Position numbers and translations under genes: made by a program. A DNA stretch of 64,000 bases from Candidatus Zhuqueibacterota bacterium (GTDB lineage Bacteria > Zhuqueibacterota > Zhuqueibacteria > Residuimicrobiales > Krinioviventaceae), in the NCBI GenBank assembly GCA_016934825.1, contig JAFGSB010000158.1, forward strand, positions 195-64,194, given 5' to 3'. The notes beneath the pieces are model-generated. The model saw only the letters and a list, made by a program, of their open reading frames with translations, did no database searches and was not told the DNA's origin. This document shows positions 19,768 through 30,000 of the stretch, piece by piece (the stretch's first letter is position 1; every line of letters starts with the position of its first letter).

Positions 19768-21219
19768 ATGATTTATGAACCGGTAATCGGACTGGAAGTA
19801 CATATACAACTTTTAACGGAATCCAAAATATTTTGTTCATGCAGTACCAGATTCGGGGCCGAACCGAATTCGCAGGTCTGTCCGGTATGTCTGGGTATGC
19901 CCGGTGTTTTACCTGTTTTGAATAAAAAAGTGGTTGAATATGCATTAAAATTAGCCATCGCGACGAATAGTAAAATCAATCACCGTTCGATCATCGCCAG
20001 GAAAAATTATTTTTATCCCGATCTGCCCAAAGGATATCAAATTTCGCAATACGAGGAGCCGTTTTGCGAATTCGGCAGTATTGAAATCCAGGTCGACGGC
20101 CGGGAAAGCAGAAAAATAGGTCTGACCCGGATCCATATGGAAGAAGACGCCGGCAAATCCATGCATTCCGAATCTTATGTTTCCGAAAATGAATCACTGG
20201 TGGATGTTAATCGATGTGGTGTCCCTTTATTGGAGATTGTGAGCGAGCCGGATTTTCGTTCTTCAAAAGAGGTCAGCGCTTATTTAACCCGTCTGCGCCA
20301 GATTGTCCGCTATCTGGGAATATGCGACGGCAATATGGAAGAAGGCAGCCTGCGCTGCGATGCTAATATTTCAATTCGACCGCAGGGGCAAAAAGAATTG
20401 GGCGTAAAGACCGAATTAAAAAATATGAATTCAATCAGTGCGGTTGAAAAAGCCCTGGATTATGAAATAAAACGTCAAATCGCCGTTCTTGATGACGGGG
20501 GAATAATACAGCAGCAAACCCTGTTGTGGAATGCAAATAAAAATATTGTCGAACCCATGCGCAGTAAGGAATACGCGCATGATTACCGTTATTTCCCGGA
20601 ACCGGACCTGTTACCAATCGTTATAACTGAAGAGTGGATTGAGCAGATCAGGGCAAAAATGCCGGAACTGCCGTTAGTTAAAAAACAGCGGTTTATGAGT
20701 GAGTACCAAATTCCCGAATATGACGCGATTGTGCTGACCGATGATCCTTCAGTGGCCGATTATTTTGAAAGTGTGGCAAAAAAAGTAAAGGATAAAAAAG
20801 CGGCCAGTAACTGGGTTATGGGTGAAGTTTTACGCGCGCTCAAAGAGATTAATTGTGACATCAAAGAATTCAGTCTGACTCCCGATTCACTTGCGGAAAT
20901 AATTCAATTGGTTGAAGAAGATAAAATAAACCTCAAAATCGGCAAGAAAGTATTTGAGGAGTGTTTGTCTACCGGCGCTTCTCCCTCAAAAATTATTAAA
21001 GAAAAAGGTCTGGTACAGATATCTGATAAAAGTGAAATTTATGCGATAGTCGATGATATTTTGACAAAAAATCCGGAGGAAGTGAATTTATATCTTCAGG
21101 GTAAGGAAAAATTACTAGGATTTTTTGTCGGGCAAATAATGAGAGAGACACAGGGAAAAGCAAACCCAAAAACCGTTAATGAAGTGTTGAAACAAAAGTT
21201 AAACGATAGAAAAAATTAA
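19768..21219 (+). CDS. gatB: Asp/Glu-tRNA amidotransferase subunit B
   Basis: VIGLEVH, RKNYFYPDLPKGYQISQ, EEGSLRCDAN and DYRYFPEPDL. Confidence 0.97.
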   Translation: MIYEPVIGLEVHIQLLTESKIFCSCSTRFGAEPNSQVCPVCLGMPGVLPVLNKKVVEYALKLAIATNSKINHRSIIARKNYFYPDLPKGYQISQYEEPFCEFGSIEIQVDGRESRKIGLTRIHMEEDAGKSMHSESYVSENESLVDVNRCGVPLLEIVSEPDFRSSKEVSAYLTRLRQIVRYLGICDGNMEEGSLRCDANISIRPQGQKELGVKTELKNMNSISAVEKALDYEIKRQIAVLDDGGIIQQQTLLWNANKNIVEPMRSKEYAHDYRYFPEPDLLPIVITEEWIEQIRAKMPELPLVKKQRFMSEYQIPEYDAIVLTDDPSVADYFESVAKKVKDKKAASNWVMGEVLRALKEINCDIKEFSLTPDSLAEIIQLVEEDKINLKIGKKVFEECLSTGASPSKIIKEKGLVQISDKSEIYAIVDDILTKNPEEVNLYLQGKEKLLGFFVGQIMRETQGKANPKTVNEVLKQKLNDRKN

Positions 21220-21250
21220 TAAATTGATTTAAAGCGAGGATTATTTATTT

Positions 21251-21811
21251 ATGGCATCAACTTCAGATTTTCGATCAGGTCTTATTATTAAATTAGATGG
21301 AGAGCTGTATACAATTGTTGAATTTCAACATGTGAAAATAGGACGCGGCGGTGCGTTTATGCGTACCAAAATAAAAAATCTGCAAACCGGTAAGGTGTTG
21401 GAAAAAACATTTCGATCGGGTGAAAAAGTCGAGGATGTCAGGGTGGAACGCCGTGCCATGCAGTATCTTTACAGTGAAGGTGATATTTTGATCTGTATGG
21501 ATAATTCTACCTATGAACAATTGAATGTGAATGTAGATTTATTACAAACCGGAAGTGAATTTCTAAAAGAAGGCGATAAAATCAGTATACTCATGGACGG
21601 TGATACGCCAATAGGCGCGGAAATGCCGACATTCGTCACACTTAAAGTTGTCAATACCGATCCGGGATTAAGGGGAGATACAGTTTCCGGGGCAACAAAA
21701 CGGGCCGGTTTGGAAACCGGGGGACAAGTACAGGTCCCGCTTTTTATTGAAGAAGGGGATTTGTTAAAAATTGATACCCGAACAGGTGAATACATTGAAC
21801 GAGTAAAGTAA
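21251..21811 (+). CDS. efp: Elongation factor P (Arg at the loop tip)
   Basis: HVKIGRGGAF, PGLRGDT, VPLFIEEG and IDTRTGEY. Confidence 0.96.
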   Translation: MASTSDFRSGLIIKLDGELYTIVEFQHVKIGRGGAFMRTKIKNLQTGKVLEKTFRSGEKVEDVRVERRAMQYLYSEGDILICMDNSTYEQLNVNVDLLQTGSEFLKEGDKISILMDGDTPIGAEMPTFVTLKVVNTDPGLRGDTVSGATKRAGLETGGQVQVPLFIEEGDLLKIDTRTGEYIERVK

Positions 21812-21844
21812 CTCACCTGTTAATTATAAATAAAAGGAGAAGGA

Positions 21845-22327
21845 ATGCGGGCTAAACAAATTCGGGAATTCGTTAAAATTGTTGAAGAAAGCAATGTTGG
21901 CGAGTTAGAGATAACAAGATGGTGGTGGGGGAAAATTCGTATCAGTAAATCTTCATCACATGTTACGACTAAAATAAGCCCGGCTGATGTCCAGGAGAAC
22001 GTTTCTATTTCTCACTCCACCAAGACTGTATCTGGTGAACCAACAGTAACGGAGCCGTTAACGGTTGAAAAGGTCAGTGAATCCAATTTGGTAGAGATCA
22101 AAGCCCCGATGGTGGGCACGTTTTATCGGGCTCCTGCACCGGATGCGGATCCTTATGTTAAGGAAGGAGACAATATTTCAACTGGCAAGGTTCTTTGTAT
22201 TATTGAAGCTATGAAACTGATGAATGAAATAGAGTCCGAGATAAACGGCAAAATTGTCAAAGTACTTGCAGACAACGCACAACCGGTTGAATATAATCAA
22301 CCTTTGTTTCTGGTAGAACCATCTTGA
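21845..22327 (+). CDS. accB: Acetyl-CoA carboxylase biotin carboxyl carrier protein
   Basis: APMVGTFYRAP and EAMKLMNE (biotinylated Lys). Confidence 0.96.
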   Translation: MRAKQIREFVKIVEESNVGELEITRWWWGKIRISKSSSHVTTKISPADVQENVSISHSTKTVSGEPTVTEPLTVEKVSESNLVEIKAPMVGTFYRAPAPDADPYVKEGDNISTGKVLCIIEAMKLMNEIESEINGKIVKVLADNAQPVEYNQPLFLVEPS

Positions 22328-22359
22328 TAAGCTTATAATTATTAATTACGATTAAAAGG

Positions 22360-23724
22360 ATGGACTTGTTTAAAAAAATATTAATTGCCAATAGAGGTGA
22401 GATCGCACTTCGGATTATTCGTGCCTGTAAAGAATTAAATATCGAAACGGTAGCTGTTTACAGCGAGCCGGATACAGACAGCCTGCATGTTCATTTCGCG
22501 GATGAAGCCGTTTGTATCGGTCCCGCTCCCAGTCATCTCAGTTATTTGAATATTCCTCATCTGATCAGTGCGGCGGAAATAACGAACTCGGAAGCAATTC
22601 ACCCCGGATATGGATTTTTGGCGGAAAGCTCTCATTTTGCGGAGATATGCGAATCATGCGGCATTAAATTCATTGGTCCTGATCCGCTGGTTATCACCAA
22701 AATGGGGGATAAATCTTTTGCTAAAGATTCGATGAAGAGTGCGGGTGTGCCGGTAATTCCGGGTTCGGAAGGGGTCGTCAAAGACATTGAAACCGCTTTA
22801 AAGATTGCACATGACATTGGATTTCCTGTAATTATAAAAGCATCCGCCGGAGGCGGGGGCAGAGGTATGCGCGTTGTTCGAAATGCCGGTGAACTCAGCA
22901 ATGCCTTTAACGCCGCCGGATCCGAAGCCGAATCGGCCTTTAAAAATTCAAATCTTTATATTGAAAGATTTTTTGAAAATCCCCGCCATATTGAAATTCA
23001 GTTATTGGGTGATAATTTTGGAAATGTTATTTCCCTCGGTGAAAGGGAATGTTCCATCCAGCGCAAACACCAAAAATTAATTGAGGAATCGCCTTCGCCT
23101 GCCGTTACACAGGAGATCAGAAATGCAATGAACGCGGCGGCAATTAAAGGCGCAATGGGTGTAAATTATAACAGTGCGGGTACGATTGAATTCTTAATGG
23201 ATGATACGGGTCATTTTTATTTTATGGAAATGAACACCAGAATTCAGGTTGAGCATCCGGTTTCTGAATTTGTATTTGGCGTCGATTTGATCAAAGAACA
23301 AATTAAAATTGCCGCAGGCGAAAAGCTGGATATCAGGATGAAAAATTATAAATTACGCGGCCATGCCATTGAATGTCGTATCAATGCCGAGGACCCCGGT
23401 AAAGATTTCAGACCATCGCCGGGTAAAATAACCAGCTTTCATGTTCCGGGGGGACTGGGTGTGCGCGTCGATACACATGCCTATGATCAGTACGTGATCC
23501 CGCCTTATTATGATTCTCTTGTCGCTAAAGTGATAACCCACGGAAAAGACCGGGAAGAAGCGATAGTTCGTATGATTCGGGCATTGGATGAATTCATTAT
23601 CGAAGGCGTGTCCACTACTATTCCTTTACATAAGAAAATTTTAAATGATAAAGCTTTTCGTAAAGCTGAGTTCAATACAAAATTTTTAGAAAATTTTGAT
23701 TTCAATTTTGAAGGAGGAAAATAA
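22360..23724 (+). CDS. accC: Acetyl-CoA carboxylase biotin carboxylase
   Basis: [24 protein letters not shown] and [10 protein letters not shown]. Confidence 0.97.
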   Translation: MDLFKKILIANRGEIALRIIRACKELNIETVAVYSEPDTDSLHVHFADEAVCIGPAPSHLSYLNIPHLISAAEITNSEAIHPGYGFLAESSHFAEICESCGIKFIGPDPLVITKMGDKSFAKDSMKSAGVPVIPGSEGVVKDIETALKIAHDIGFPVIIKASAGGGGRGMRVVRNAGELSNAFNAAGSEAESAFKNSNLYIERFFENPRHIEIQLLGDNFGNVISLGERECSIQRKHQKLIEESPSPAVTQEIRNAMNAAAIKGAMGVNYNSAGTIEFLMDDTGHFYFMEMNTRIQVEHPVSEFVFGVDLIKEQIKIAAGEKLDIRMKNYKLRGHAIECRINAEDPGKDFRPSPGKITSFHVPGGLGVRVDTHAYDQYVIPPYYDSLVAKVITHGKDREEAIVRMIRALDEFIIEGVSTTIPLHKKILNDKAFRKAEFNTKFLENFDFNFEGGK

Positions 23725-24101
23725 TGCAGGTCCCTGAAAATTACAAGTATACTGAGGAGCATGAATGGGTTTCCGTTGAGAACAATATTGCCACCGTAGG
23801 AATAACCGATTATGCCCAGGGTGAGCTCGGTGATGTGGTATTTGTGGAATTACCCCAGGTAAACACAACTTTAACCCAAATGGACGCTTTCGGTACCATA
23901 GAAGCTGTAAAGGCCGTATCTGATTTGTTTGCTCCCGTATCCGGAACGGTGATAGAAATTAATGAAATTTTAGTAGACTCCCCTGAAACGGTTAACAGGG
24001 ATCCATACGGAGAAGGATGGATGATCAAAATTCAGATGAGCGATGCATCAGAACTGAATAACCTTTTGGGCGCTGAGGATTATAAATCAAAAATAAATTG
24101 A
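23724..24101 (+). CDS. gcvH: Glycine cleavage system H protein
   Basis: HEWV, GITDYAQGELGD and EAVKAV (lipoyl Lys). Confidence 0.97.
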   Translation: MQVPENYKYTEEHEWVSVENNIATVGITDYAQGELGDVVFVELPQVNTTLTQMDAFGTIEAVKAVSDLFAPVSGTVIEINEILVDSPETVNRDPYGEGWMIKIQMSDASELNNLLGAEDYKSKIN

Positions 24102-24123
24102 TTTTTACCTTTTGAGGTATCTT

Positions 24124-25470
24124 ATGAGTTTTTTTCCGAATACGAATGCTGATCAGCAGAAGATGCTCAACAAAATCGGTGTAAATTCTTTTACTGATTT
24201 AATTAAAAATATTCCGGCGGAATTGCTGTTCAAGGGCGAATTGAAACTACCAGCGCCGTTGTCAGAACTGGAAGTGATGCAGCACCTCACCAGTTTGGCT
24301 TCGAAAAATGAAAATTGTCAGGATAATATCTGCTTTCTTGGCGGCGGCGCTTATGATCATTTTATTCCTGCTGTTGTAAAACATATTATTTCCAGGTCGG
24401 AATTCTATACCGCCTATACGCCTTACCAGCCGGAAGTCAGCCAGGGAACACTGCAGGCGATTTATGAATTCCAAACAATGATTTGCGAGCTTACCGGTAT
24501 GGATGTTGCAAACGCATCCGTTTATGATGGCGGTTCTGCGCTGGCGGAAGCGGCTTTGCTGGCCTGCGGATATAATAATCGGAAACAGGTTCTCGTTTCT
24601 TCCACGGTCAATCCCAATTATACAAGTATTATTAAAACCTATTGTCACGGTCGGGGAATCGACATTAATATTTTGGACTGGGAAAACGGAATTACCGACC
24701 TGAACAAGCTGGAGGAACAAATTTCCGAAAAAACCGCCGCGGTTATCATCCAGCACCCTAATTTTTTCGGATGTCTGGAGGAAATGGAATCAATTTCACA
24801 GATAACCCATAATAACGGAGCATTATTGATAACCTCAAATGATCCGATATCACTGGCGATTCTGCGGCCGCCGGGTGAATATAACGCAGATATCGTCACC
24901 GGCGAGGGTCAATCTTTTGGCAATCCGATAAGTTTTGGCGGTCCGTTCCTGGGGCTGTTTGCCGCCAGGAAAGAATTGATAAGATATATGCCCGGACGAA
25001 TAGTTGGTCAAACCGAAGACAAAAATGGTAAAACCGGTTATGTGCTGACATTGCAGACAAGAGAACAGCATATTCGCAGAGAAAAAGCAACCTCCAATAT
25101 TTGTACAAATCAGGCTCTCAATGCACTGGCTGCGACTGTATATCTTTCATTAATGGGTAAATCCGGCTTACCTAAAGTTGCGCAGTTGTGTCTGCAAAAA
25201 AGCCACTATTTGAGTGATAAAATCAAGGAAATTAATGGTTTAAATTTGAAATTTGACCGGCCTTTTTTCAAGGAATTTGTTGTAAAAGTCAGTTCAAACC
25301 GTTCGGCGGATGATTTAATAAAACAATTATTGAAGAAAAAGATATTTGCCGGCATCTCGCTGAATCCTTTATCGGATGAACTGAAAGACTGTTTTTTATG
25401 CGCCGTTACTGAAAAAAGAACAAAGAATGAACTGGATTATTTTTTGACCGCTCTGCGGGAACTTAAATGA
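24124..25470 (+). CDS. gcvPA: Glycine dehydrogenase (decarboxylating) subunit 1
   Basis: YTAYTPYQPEVSQG and TREQHIRREKATSNICTN. GAGGT RBS before ATG 24124. Confidence 0.96.
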   Translation: MSFFPNTNADQQKMLNKIGVNSFTDLIKNIPAELLFKGELKLPAPLSELEVMQHLTSLASKNENCQDNICFLGGGAYDHFIPAVVKHIISRSEFYTAYTPYQPEVSQGTLQAIYEFQTMICELTGMDVANASVYDGGSALAEAALLACGYNNRKQVLVSSTVNPNYTSIIKTYCHGRGIDINILDWENGITDLNKLEEQISEKTAAVIIQHPNFFGCLEEMESISQITHNNGALLITSNDPISLAILRPPGEYNADIVTGEGQSFGNPISFGGPFLGLFAARKELIRYMPGRIVGQTEDKNGKTGYVLTLQTREQHIRREKATSNICTNQALNALAATVYLSLMGKSGLPKVAQLCLQKSHYLSDKIKEINGLNLKFDRPFFKEFVVKVSSNRSADDLIKQLLKKKIFAGISLNPLSDELKDCFLCAVTEKRTKNELDYFLTALRELK

Positions 25471-25542
25471 TCATAAATTCGTATAATAGACAAAGTTTTT
25501 AGTGATTTTACGGTTGTAAATTATTGTATATTAAAAAAATAC

Positions 25543-25571
25543 TTGACACTTTTTTTTAAATTTTGTAATTT
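25543..25571 (+). promoter_or_regulatory. Putative sigma70 promoter for the porV operon
   Basis: TTGACA-17 bp-TAATTT, implying a ~255 nt 5' leader. Confidence 0.55.
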
Positions 25572-25737
25572 TGATTTTATAAAATTAGATTGATATAAAG
25601 GAGTAAGCCTATAAAAGTTCGTTAAAGGTTTTATTAGTTTTGTGATTTAAATTAAATTGTAATTGTTACGGTTACGTAAATTAATGAAAAATTTTAGAAC
25701 TTTTAACGACCAAATAATTGGCTTACCTAATGATATG

Positions 25738-25800
25738 TCCGGATGTCTGAGGGTAAGTTCCTTATTTCAGGAGCATTGCTGAAACATTCGGATTTTTTTT
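25738..25800 (+). terminator. Terminator-like structure in the porV leader
   Basis: TCCGGATGT (25738-46) pairs with ACATTCGGA (25784-92), encloses an inner hairpin and is followed by T8. Confidence 0.45.
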
Positions 25801-25834
25801 GTGACAAATATTTTTAACACAGGAGGCGATTGTA

Positions 25835-26932
25835 ATGAAAAAGCTGTTTGTAACGTTAATTTGTATATTTATGCTTTTGTTTTCTTTTTCACAGGTTTAT
25901 GCCGTCAGTGAGGCGGCGGTACTGTTTTTAATGATTTCACCCGGCGCACGTGCATCGGGGATGGGTGAAGCTTTTGTCGCATTGGCGGATGACGCCACCG
26001 CGGTATTTTGGAATCCGGCGGGTCTGGCTTTCCAGAAGGGGCAGGAACTTACCCTGATGCACGCAAACTGGCTGCCGCAGTTCGGGTCGGATTTGTTTTA
26101 TGAGTTTGGCGCCTACCGGCAATCTTTTGAAGGAATAGGAACCGTTGGGTTAAATATTACTTATTTGAACCTGGGAAAACAGATCATTACCGGTGAAGAC
26201 AGTCCCGAACCGTTGGGCGAATTTTCAAGTTATGAATTTGCGGTTTCCGGTACTTATGGAACAAAAATAAATGAAAATTGGGCCGTTGGTTTGGGATTAC
26301 GGTACATTCGCTCCGCTCTTTCCTCGGTAGGAGCAGGTGCGGAAAAAGGTGACGGTAAGGCTAATGCTTTTTCCTTTGATGTGTCCACATTATACAAGCT
26401 TCCATTTTTACCCCGGTTAAGTTTTGGTATGAATCTATCCAATATGGGCCCAAAAGTCACTTATATCGATGCCGCTCAGGCAGATCCGTTACCAACCAAT
26501 TTGAAGGTTGGTCTTGCCTATAAAATCGTTGACGATCAATACAATAAACTGACCATTACCGGTGATATGAATCATCTTTTGGTTAAAAGAAATACCGACG
26601 GCACATCCGATCCATGGTACAAGGCTATCATTACATCCCCATGGACAATTGTCGAAAAAGAAAAAGAAAATATTGGCAGTGATGATGAAAAAGAAATTGG
26701 TCAAAGTACAATATTTAACGGGATTTTAAGCGCGGGTGTTGAATACTGGTACAGTAATCTGATCGCTCTCCGCGCCGGTTATTACTGGGATGAACCCGGC
26801 AAAGTCAAGTTTGTTTCGTTTGGTGCCGGAATTCAATATAATTTGTACCGTTTTGATTTTGGGTATGTTTCCGCCGCTGAGGGACACCCGCTTGCGAATA
26901 CCATGCGTTTTTCTTTAACGATGGGATTTTAA
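25835..26932 (+). CDS. porV: PorV family outer-membrane beta-barrel (T9SS shuttle-like)
   Basis: Signal peptide, FLMISPGARASGMGE, WNPAGLA, NMGPK...DPLPTNL, and HPLANTMRFSL with a terminal Phe. Confidence 0.85.
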   Translation: MKKLFVTLICIFMLLFSFSQVYAVSEAAVLFLMISPGARASGMGEAFVALADDATAVFWNPAGLAFQKGQELTLMHANWLPQFGSDLFYEFGAYRQSFEGIGTVGLNITYLNLGKQIITGEDSPEPLGEFSSYEFAVSGTYGTKINENWAVGLGLRYIRSALSSVGAGAEKGDGKANAFSFDVSTLYKLPFLPRLSFGMNLSNMGPKVTYIDAAQADPLPTNLKVGLAYKIVDDQYNKLTITGDMNHLLVKRNTDGTSDPWYKAIITSPWTIVEKEKENIGSDDEKEIGQSTIFNGILSAGVEYWYSNLIALRAGYYWDEPGKVKFVSFGAGIQYNLYRFDFGYVSAAEGHPLANTMRFSLTMGF

Positions 26933-27068
26933 TTTCATGAAATTGAAAGGTAAAGGATGTCCAGATATGATTCCCTTTACCTTTCGTTTTTCGCGACGTG
27001 GTACCAGCAACCAGCATAATAGATATTTTTTAAAATTTTTATTAATCGGCTTATTTAGTGAAAATTGT

Positions 27069-30000
27069 ATGGAAAAGTATAAATTGATTTATGATGATAA
27101 TAGAGTGTACATAAAAAAGTTTTCCCCGGTTTTATTCCTCCTCTCTCTTATTTTAATTGTATATCAGGCACATTCGGCAACACCCTTACATGTCTCCTTT
27201 GCAGGTTTTACAGATCCGTTAGGAGTCATTCAAAATTTTTCTTCAGAAAGTATGAGCGGTGCTTCTCAGCAGCCGGACACTTTACATTTTCTTGCCCTGC
27301 GCGCGGAATTTGTTAAGGATGAACTGGCGACCACAACCGGTAACGGACAATTCGACATGTCCGTTGAAAATAATTACCTGGTCGATAAACCACCACATAA
27401 CCGGACATATTTTCAGCATCAGTTATTGGCCTTGAGTAATTATTTTAATAAAGTATCAAACAATAAATTGATTTTACAATCAATGGTCCTTCCCCTGGAT
27501 GAAAACAACGTATACCGGCTCAATGAGAACATGGTCTATTACAGCGGGCAGGAAAGTGAGGAGTTAAAAAAACAGCGCTGGGCCGAATTATTGCGGGATG
27601 TGGTCCTGCTGGCAAAAAAGCAGGATAAACCTGATTTTTCCCAATATGATGCGGTTATTATATTCCACGCCGGGGTGGGAAGCGATTTTGCCTTTGACTT
27701 TGATCCGACGCCCTACGATATTCAATCCGTCTTTTTGGATTTTGAATCATTAAAAGAAACTTTGGGAAAAGATGTTCCGGATTACCGAGGAATAGAAGCG
27801 GGTGAAAATATATTCATCAGGGAAGGGATAATCCTCCCCGAAATGCAGAACCAGGAAGAACAGATTCTCGGATTGCTCGGAACGATGACATTACTGGTGG
27901 GAAGCCAGCTTGGCATGCCGAGTCTGTTCGATACCGAAACCGGCCGGGCCGGTATCGGGCGCTGGGGTCTGATGGACCAGGGTTCTTATAATTTTCAGGG
28001 CCTGATACCCGCCGAACCCTGCGCCTGGACGAAAGTCTATATGGGATGGGAACAACCGGTTATCGTGACAGAAGGGAAAGACCTGAAAATCGGGACCTCA
28101 CAAACCAAATCCGCTCCGCATATTTATAAAATTCCCATAACGGCAAAAGAGTATTTTTTAATTGAAAACCGGCAAAGGGACAGAAACCGCGACGGCGTTA
28201 CGTTCGGTCGCAATATCAGCGGGGCGCGGGCACAATTTGATACACTCGGCAGTGTAGTGATGACCGAAAAAGATTTTGGCGTTATTACCAGTATTGATGA
28301 ATATGATTTCGGTTTGCCCGGATCGGGACTTTTGATCTGGCATATCGACGAAAATGTTATCGATGCCAATCTTGTATCCAATACGATCAATAACAATAGA
28401 GAACATCGCGGTGTTGACCTGGTTGAGTGCGACGGCGCACAGGATATAGGTTATTATTACGGCCTGTTTGAACCCGGCTCCGGCACCGAATCGGGAAGCT
28501 TTTTCGATCCGTACTGGGCGGGGAATATTTCGCATAAAATTGTGAATGAAGATGCGGATACCGTGGCCTTTTCTCCCCGGACCGTCCCCAAAAGTAATGC
28601 CAATGACGGCTCTGTAACTCATATCAATATATACGATATCGGCGTGCGTGATTCCGTGATGACGTTTTCCGTCAAAATCGGGATGATGCAGCCCGGCTTT
28701 CCACAATACGCCGGATTGGATTTTCATACCGCCAGTTTAAAGACTATACGTTACAATGGCGGTAATGAAACGGGACTTGTTGCGCTTGCCGGCAACGGCC
28801 AACTTTTCGGGTGGAACAGTAAAGGGGAGGCGCTTTTAGCGGAACAGGCTCCGGATAGCAATACCTCTAAAAAATTATTTGATAGTATCGAAGACGGGTT
28901 TATGTTACCCCCGGCAACGGCTGATCTGACCGGCGACGGGACAGATGAGATCATTTTTGCCGGGCAGAGCGGAAAGCTGTATGTATTACAACTATCCGAT
29001 AATAATTCGGACGGTCAGGCCGATGTTCTGGATTCGACAGATATCGGCGAAATACCAACAGCCGGGCCCTTGCTATTCGCACAGGACAACTCGATTTTTA
29101 TAATTGTCGGTACAGAGGCGGGACATGTAAAAATATTCGGTTATGATACAGCAGGCCTTCTCGATGTAAATCAGGTTGCTGTACAAAACGGTCAAATAAC
29201 CGGACTTGCGGGCGGAACAGAGGAATTTCCCGGTATTTACGCCGTCACAAGTAACGGGTATTACGTTTACCTGAATTCAGCTTTCGGGATCGAAAACTCC
29301 GCCGCACTTGAAGGATTTGATACCCCGGATGTGAAAATATTCGCCGCGCTGGCGGATTTCGACGGTTCGGCCGGCCCCGAACCCGTGTTTTATACGGAGG
29401 CGGGGAGATTATTCGGCAAAACATTGACCGATCAATATATTAGCGCTTCGGAGGATGATGTAACGGACATACCATACAGCGCTCCGGCAATCGGCAATGT
29501 GGATAGCGACGGATTGCCGGATATCATTTTCCATTTTAATGAATTTTTGTATGGATTTACATATAGGGGAATCAATACGCTCAATTTTCCGGTTAAAGTG
29601 TCCGATATGGGCGGTCTGGATTTGGAAAGACCGGCGCCTGTATTTTTTAATGATGATGGGGAAGGTGCTGTCATTATCAGCGCCACTCCGGACGGTCAAC
29701 TGTTGGCTTTAAACGGCAAAGGACGCTTGCTGTCCGGATTTCCACTAACCGCCGGCGGGGGTATTTCCGTCACTCCGGCGCTGGCGGACCTGGACAATGA
29801 CGGCGATGTCGAATGCGCCGCGATCTCACAGGACGGTTACCTTTTTGTATGGGATTTGCCATATTCGGCGGATTTGACCGAAAGCTGGTCGCAATACGGT
29901 GCGGATCAGCATAACAGTTTCCTGTTACCCGGTGATAACACTATAAAGATAACCGAAAAGGAACTGATGCCCGGTAAAAGCGTATTTTGTTACCCCAATC

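Noticed and set aside
25600-25730. 6S RNA or a known riboswitch
   Set aside because: Very AT-rich, no recognisable consensus and not in the usual 6S gene context. Kept only as a candidate novel leader.
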